Translations under genes and position numbers: made by a program | The notes under the pieces: model-generated | What the model was told of the DNA's origin: nothing | The model's input: only the letters and a program-made list of their open reading frames with translations | Database searches by the model: none | In this document: positions 59,336 through 64,000 of the stretch, piece by piece | How the letters are laid out: each line of letters opens with the position of its first letter | Position numbering within the stretch: position 1 is the stretch's first letter | Source: Ignavibacteriota bacterium | GTDB lineage: Bacteria; Bacteroidota; Ignavibacteria; Kapaibacteriales; UBA2268 | Direction: 5' to 3' | Assembly: GCA_024636855.1 (NCBI GenBank) | Contig: JAGXGG010000075.1 | Span: 23,360 to 87,359, forward strand | Length of the DNA stretch: 64,000 nucleotides

Positions 59336-61252
59336 ATGGACTTAATGATGAGAAAAATCTTACTACTTTTAATTATAATTTCATACAATGCATACGGTAC
59401 TGACTTAACTGTTGGCCGACTTCTAAGCCCTGAGCTTTTTGTAAATGTTTCCGAAGAATTAAGCATTAGTTATGAAATTAATAACATAAATATTCTAACT
59501 GCTGAACAATATACTGGTCTAGTAACTATTAAAAACAACCAGACCAGTGTTACTGATTTCACATATCTTGGTGAATATACAAATCTAGAACCATTTGAAA
59601 CTACAGTAATATCAGTACCTACAAAATGGATACCTACCGAAGTTGGAACTTATACAATAAGTATTATAATTGAATTTGATGATGATATTGATTTATCTAA
59701 TAATACTGAAGAATTCATAATTGAAGTTGGTAGTAGCGAATGTACCTCAGGATACGAATGGAGTGCGGGAAGGCTGGGCTTTACCATTAGAAACAATCTT
59801 CAGCATTTTCCATATGCTCAAGATTTGGAAGGGAAAATGAAGCCTGGAGATATAATTGGTATTAACTGTCTCGTTGAGGATTTTGATGAGTTAATAGCAA
59901 ATTGCGGTTGTGAAGATGGTGTAAACAGTAAATATATGGATCTATTTCCAGATGAAGTAGTGTATAGCTGGTCGTTAGTAGGAGAAGGGAAGTTGATACA
60001 GCCAGATGTTGGAGAAAAGAATACAGTATTTTACAAGATACCAGTTTGTCCTTCAAATGCAGTTGGTTCTGAAGAAACTATAACTGCAGAAATTCAATTA
60101 ACTGTAAAGAATAAAGATACAGGTTTAAAGCCAGACAAGCCGATTTCTGGAAAAGTGATTTTAACAATCGCTTACTGCCCGGAAAGAGTTACTCCTGAAA
60201 ATGGAGAAGTTAGCTGGGATCCAACAGCTATGAAAATTACTGCTGTAATCCTACCACTCGAAAGTAATGAAGGTTCTCTTCTTACAGATTCTGACAATGG
60301 AAATTGTGAGCCGCAACCACTGACGTATGATAAATATACTCCAATAAAAATTGTCAATAATATTACTGAAACTATTGTTGAAGGTGTTTGCCCTGATTAT
60401 GCAGTAATACTATCTGCACTTGCTACTGACGACGACCAAGTAATTATTGAATGTACTCCTGAGTTAGAATCCCCTGTATGTACAGAAAAATCAAATAAAA
60501 CGATTATAAGTAAGGATAAATTAGAATATAAATGGACGGTTGATTCTGGGAAAGGTGAATTCCCAATAGGTAATATTGGTTCATCTGTTATTTTTAGAAA
60601 ATCTCAGTCGGGAGATGCAAATATAACTTGTGAAATCTGGAATGCCTTTTCTAAAGTTGAAGATTCTAAAGTAACTATTAAATATAAAGTAACTAAAGCC
60701 AAAAAGCCAAAGGCATTTGTTGGACTAGGTGATGATGAGGATAATGCTAATTTCGTTAAGCTATATCATGAAATAGTAAACGATGCAGATGATATATATG
60801 GAGGAAGAAGTTCACCTTTTTATGAAGTTGTCACATCAATGAAAGATAAATATACTGCTGCAGGTTATGATGTAACGTTTGCTGAATATACTTCAAACTC
60901 TCAATTGTATGATGTCCTTAGAGATCCATGTTACCAGGCGTTTTGTATAGTAAGTCATGGGACTGGGGGTAATGTTCTATTATCAGGCGGCACTTCAAAA
61001 AATTATTTAGATGAATTCACTAGTTTTATGGCTCGAAAAGAAAATGAAGCCATTTGGGGATGTCGTAGAAACCCTTCAATTCGTGATGTTCAACTATTAG
61101 CTTGTAATGCACTTGATTCAGATTGGGGTATTGCGTTCAACTGTAATGCTAGAATACATGGCTATAAGGAAACTAAATTCTTAGCTACTCTCAGATTTTA
61201 TGCATATTTTCAGTTTAAACCATTACCTCCATTAACACTTGCATTACCATAA
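59336..61252 (+). CDS. Secreted Cys-rich protein with CARDB-like N-terminus and possible clan-CD protease C-terminus
   Basis: Signal peptide; WIPTEVGTY...DIDLSNN; CIVSHG...VQLLAC. Confidence 0.75.
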   Translation: MDLMMRKILLLLIIISYNAYGTDLTVGRLLSPELFVNVSEELSISYEINNINILTAEQYTGLVTIKNNQTSVTDFTYLGEYTNLEPFETTVISVPTKWIPTEVGTYTISIIIEFDDDIDLSNNTEEFIIEVGSSECTSGYEWSAGRLGFTIRNNLQHFPYAQDLEGKMKPGDIIGINCLVEDFDELIANCGCEDGVNSKYMDLFPDEVVYSWSLVGEGKLIQPDVGEKNTVFYKIPVCPSNAVGSEETITAEIQLTVKNKDTGLKPDKPISGKVILTIAYCPERVTPENGEVSWDPTAMKITAVILPLESNEGSLLTDSDNGNCEPQPLTYDKYTPIKIVNNITETIVEGVCPDYAVILSALATDDDQVIIECTPELESPVCTEKSNKTIISKDKLEYKWTVDSGKGEFPIGNIGSSVIFRKSQSGDANITCEIWNAFSKVEDSKVTIKYKVTKAKKPKAFVGLGDDEDNANFVKLYHEIVNDADDIYGGRSSPFYEVVTSMKDKYTAAGYDVTFAEYTSNSQLYDVLRDPCYQAFCIVSHGTGGNVLLSGGTSKNYLDEFTSFMARKENEAIWGCRRNPSIRDVQLLACNALDSDWGIAFNCNARIHGYKETKFLATLRFYAYFQFKPLPPLTLALP

Positions 61253-63425
61253 AACAGGATTAACTATTATGAAAAAATATAAAAATATGAATACTAAAAA
61301 TTTTTCAGCAATTCCTTTTGTTGTAACTCCTGTAACTGCGTCAAAGACTAATTTCAAGAAAGTCTCAATTTCTTCTTTCTTATTAATAGTAATAATTCAG
61401 TTCTCTTTAAATGTATCAATTCTTAACTCACAAGCAGTTGAACTTATTTCACCAACTATTTATGGAATAAAGAATTTGACTGATATTGAAAAATCAGGCA
61501 ACAAAATATTTGTTTCAGGTGATGAAGGTTTGTTATTGACGCTAGACCTAGTGAGTAATTCAGTTGAAAAAATTGAATTAGATATTGATAATGCAATGAT
61601 TCAGGACATTACTTTTAATTCTCAGGGTAATGGTGTAGCAATTTGCACTAAAGGTATCGTTCTATTTTCTTCAAATAATGGTCAAAATTGGTCAAAAAAG
61701 TTAGTGGATTCAACTGATTTTTTAACTAGTGTAAATTATATATCAGAAGAATTTGTTATAATTACCGCAATGAATGGTACAATTTACAAATCCATGGACT
61801 CCGGAAAGAATTGGGATAGAGTAACTCTGAATACTGTTATTAACTTAAGGGCATCTATAGAAATTAACGGAAGTTTAATTCTGTGCGGTGATAATGGGCT
61901 AATAGCCAAATCAACAGACAATGGGAATACTTGGAGCATCTCATCAAAATCCTATCTGGGGAATATTCTGTCAATAAACACTGTTGGAAATACACTTATA
62001 ATAGGTGCAAATGACGGCATTTACTATTCAGAAGATGCAGGAAATACTTGGGTAAGATCAATTCAACAGGAAGGGGTGAGAGCAAAGAATTTAATCACTT
62101 TTGGATCGAGAACTTATGCAACTTCTGACTCTGGAAATATATTTGTTTCTGTTGACGAAGGAAAGAACTGGGTATTCAAATCATCGTCGGACATAACTAT
62201 TAATGGGATGTTGATGTTATCCGAGGATTCCTGGCTAACAATTGGCGATTATACGAAATTAGAAGTAACAATGGATGGTGGTAAAAACTATTCAGATATA
62301 TTATCAAATACCAATAGAAATTTTGTCTCAGCAAATTACCTGAGTGACGGTTCGGCTTTTATACTTTCGACAGCTGGTGAAGCTAATAGCTTGGCTACAG
62401 ATGAGTTGTCACATTTATCAAAACTTCCATCCGGCTTCTATCGCACAAGTCAAACAGTAGGAGATGAAATATACGTATTAGATGAAACAGGAATAATATA
62501 TATATCATCTGACAATGGGTTAACTTGGGAACTAAAAGCACAAATTGAAGACAACCAAATTTATAATGATTTTTTTATAGTTGATGATATTATATTCGCC
62601 ACTAGTACTAAAGGCGATGTATTGAAATATGATAAAAACGAATTGACAACGGTCAAAGTACTAGATTCTTTAAATCTGACTACAATCCGCTTTTTTGATA
62701 TAAATAACGGTTTTGTTTGTGGAAGTCTTGGTAAAATCTATTTTACAACAAATTCTGGAAGCTCTTGGACAGCAGCATCTACTCCATCTACTAGTATGAT
62801 AACTGATGGGGTTGTCTTAAATTCCGATGTAGCATTTATCAGTAGTTATAAAGGTTACTTTTTTAATACAACAGATAGAGGTGAAACTTGGATGAAAACT
62901 TCTGATGACTCTGTTAACGATAGAATCTTATCAATTGATATTCATCAAGATATGTTGCTGGGTATAGCAGGTACAGCTTCAGGAAAACTTCTATATACCA
63001 ATGACGCTTTTAGAACCTGGAACTCAATATACGATATTGGTCATTTGTTAGTTGATGTAGCCATAAATGGCAATAATGTTATAGCAATTGGACCCTATTC
63101 AATAGTCTTAACTGTTGATTTACTACAATCATCAGTTGAAGATTTCACTTATGATAATACTATCTCAGTTTATCCAAATCCAAGTAATGGTCAGTTCCAT
63201 TTATCAATAACCAATAATGAGTTATTAAATGAAAAAGCATTGACAAATCCTGTAATTGAGATAGTTGATATTAATGGAAAGTTAGTTTATGAAAATATGA
63301 CTCCTGAATTCAACGAAAATAATTCGATTTTGATAGATTTAGGACAAATGATTTCTGGGGTATATTTATTAACTATAAAAAGTTCGACAAAGACTTATTC
63401 TAAAAGATTGCTTTTAAATAAGTAA
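61239..63425 (+). CDS. YCF48/BNR-repeat beta-propeller protein with T9SS C-terminal domain
   Basis: Many S.D.G.TW repeats; VYPNPSNG...SGVYLL...KRLLLNK tail; start probably further downstream. Confidence 0.9.
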   Translation: MHYHKTGLTIMKKYKNMNTKNFSAIPFVVTPVTASKTNFKKVSISSFLLIVIIQFSLNVSILNSQAVELISPTIYGIKNLTDIEKSGNKIFVSGDEGLLLTLDLVSNSVEKIELDIDNAMIQDITFNSQGNGVAICTKGIVLFSSNNGQNWSKKLVDSTDFLTSVNYISEEFVIITAMNGTIYKSMDSGKNWDRVTLNTVINLRASIEINGSLILCGDNGLIAKSTDNGNTWSISSKSYLGNILSINTVGNTLIIGANDGIYYSEDAGNTWVRSIQQEGVRAKNLITFGSRTYATSDSGNIFVSVDEGKNWVFKSSSDITINGMLMLSEDSWLTIGDYTKLEVTMDGGKNYSDILSNTNRNFVSANYLSDGSAFILSTAGEANSLATDELSHLSKLPSGFYRTSQTVGDEIYVLDETGIIYISSDNGLTWELKAQIEDNQIYNDFFIVDDIIFATSTKGDVLKYDKNELTTVKVLDSLNLTTIRFFDINNGFVCGSLGKIYFTTNSGSSWTAASTPSTSMITDGVVLNSDVAFISSYKGYFFNTTDRGETWMKTSDDSVNDRILSIDIHQDMLLGIAGTASGKLLYTNDAFRTWNSIYDIGHLLVDVAINGNNVIAIGPYSIVLTVDLLQSSVEDFTYDNTISVYPNPSNGQFHLSITNNELLNEKALTNPVIEIVDINGKLVYENMTPEFNENNSILIDLGQMISGVYLLTIKSSTKTYSKRLLLNK

Positions 63426-63449
63426 TTTGGAGTTGAGATTCAGACTATA

Positions 63450-63483
63450 AAAAAAGCCGAGTAGTCTTTTGACTATTCGGCTT
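63450..63483 (-). terminator. Terminator between convergent genes
   Basis: aagccgagtagtc-tttt-gactattcggctt with an A run. Confidence 0.8.
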
Positions 63484-63512
63484 GTAATTATCAAACAATT
63501 ATCTAAAAGTGA

Positions 63513-64000
63513 TTATCTCACAACAGATACTTGTCTTGTCTCAACTTTGTCGCCCATCTGGATTATAATATAATATGTCCCACTGGATAAACCAATATTA
63601 TCGATGTTGAGATTAATGGACTTTTGTTTCTCTGCTTTTATCATATCATCATACACAGTTGCCAACTTATTGCCTAATACATCAGCTAGGATTACTGAGA
63701 CTTTTCCAGTAAATTTCGGATTAATAGCCAAAGTGGAATTGGCTGTTAATGGATTAGGATATATGCTTATTTCTTGGTTAGCGAAGTTGTCTTCTATACC
63801 TGTGATAGCTGGCTTCTTCGTTACAGTAACTTCCGCTATTCTTGAAAAAACAGTATCGCATTCATTAAAGACCATTGCTTGATATTTTCCAGATTGCTCA
63901 AGACTTATCTGACCTAATCTTAATGTATCTTCATACCAGAACCAGTCTTCATCATCTTTTCTCCAATAAACATAGAAACTAGTACCTGCAGATTTAATAC
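63513..64000 (-). CDS. Ig-domain T9SS substrate (5' end outside window)
   Basis: Frame is open to the window edge (...YWRKD...SGKYQAMVFNEC...); IYPNP...SSGTYYI...VSVVR tail. Confidence 0.88.
   Translation of the reverse strand, partial: IKSAGTSFYVYWRKDDEDWFWYEDTLRLGQISLEQSGKYQAMVFNECDTVFSRIAEVTVTKKPAITGIEDNFANQEISIYPNPLTANSTLAINPKFTGKVSVILADVLGNKLATVYDDMIKAEKQKSINLNIDNIGLSSGTYYIIIQMGDKVETRQVSVVR

Overview
AT-rich bacterial chromosome segment from the FCB group. The evidence is Bacteroidota-type TAnnTTTG promoters, many T9SS C-terminal sorting domains and a Bacteroidota-type purF; Kapabacteria/Ignavibacteria-like is my inference. Housekeeping genes (icd, hutU, nrdJ, tRNA-Gln-prs-rplY-pth, rpsF-rplI, an rpsA-like gene, purH, purF, yraN) alternate with accessory patches. 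Most striking is a tandem array (8274-11996) of five divergent outer-membrane beta-barrel cassettes plus one empty copy. Each opens with the same 60-bp signal-peptide-coding repeat, which starts ATC-AAA and has no in-frame ATG. The array lies next to REP clusters and a RAYT-like Y1 transposase. Other highlights: a STAS-HATPase/DUF4325/membrane-protein module (possible defence system); four separate gene blocks bounded by slightly diverged direct repeats with no integrase; an RHS/immunity/KilA-N relic with a lone IS3 end; a candidate sRNA; and rpsR missing between rpsF and rplI. No CRISPR array or rRNA was seen. All calls are by eye, without database searches.
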